The notes beneath the pieces were generated by a model, which was given only the letters and a program-made list of their open reading frames with translations, was not told the DNA's origin and did not search any database. The position numbers and the translations under genes were made by a program. DNA of 64,000 nt from NCBI RefSeq assembly GCF_000143415.4, contig NW_003314268.1, positions 3,170,559-3,234,558 of the forward strand, in the 5' to 3' direction. Position 1 is the stretch's first letter. Each line of letters begins with the position of its first letter. Below, piece by piece: positions 63,630 to 64,000 of this stretch. This DNA is from Selaginella moellendorffii (Eukaryota; Plantae; Lycopodiophyta).

Positions 63630-64000
63630 ATGGGAAATAAGGAGTCACATGAGTAGTGGGGAGTTATTACGTGAATAAGTTAATGTCCACTCTATCATTC
63701 TTTTATAAGTATCATTAAGGGGTTCATTTAGTAATAATTTATCCAGTGTTTATATTTTAAGCTCGTTTTTATAATAAAAAGGTATCCTATTATTCTCTCT
63801 ATATTGGTTGATACATGCTTGAGTTTAACTTTTATTACTCAGCTTGTTGCCACACATTACTGTTTATATTTGCTTTGTACGGTATAACTAATTTTCATTC
63901 TTTATGGCAATTGCCATACACACACATATGTAGGGGATAAGGTGGACTTAATTGTGCATGTAGGTGATTTTAAGCTTAAGCTTTAGTCGTTGCGGGTGAT
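63630..64000 (+). mobile_element. Element A-family gag/protease-region fragment, opposite orientation to the adjacent copy; runs off the window
   Basis: Colinear with ~21390-21757 (ggagtcaca, cctattattctctc, gttgccacacatt, ttttcattctttat). Confidence 0.75.

Overview
Eukaryotic land-plant genomic DNA. The compact genes with 44-60 bp GT-AG introns, a PLS-type PPR gene, a CYP71-clan P450 and chlorophyllases suggest a small-genome lycophyte such as Selaginella; this assignment is inference. 2.1-15.9 kb is a diverged tandem duplication of a three-gene cassette: an intronless P-loop NTPase + PD-(D/E)xK-type nuclease resembling Crinkler/RHS (CR) effectors, an EHD dynamin-like ATPase lacking the EH domain, and a probably secreted chlorophyllase. 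The NTPase-nuclease and EHD genes decayed reciprocally between the two copies. 16-19.5 kb holds a frameshifted PPR gene and an intact P450. 20.2-44.9 kb is a nested LTR-retrotransposon pile: an outer short-LTR Ty3/gypsy element with a tRNA-Ala-like PBS and 4-bp TSD, a large non-coding LARD-like element, a very young Tcn1/Tf1-like chromovirus with a self-priming PBS and a GGGAAAC + hairpin -1 frameshift signal, a MITE, a 5S-rRNA-carrying Cassandra-type TRIM, a 100-N gap and a 3.2-kb inversion. 45-55.4 kb has a peptide deformylase pseudogene and an inverted duplication of two class-3 lipase pseudogenes. 57-64 kb is a decayed second copy of the outer element invaded by two TRIM families. One of these families also appears fused to an integrase ORF at 36-38 kb, a candidate autonomous progenitor. 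All coordinates were read by eye and may be off by a few bases in degenerate regions.
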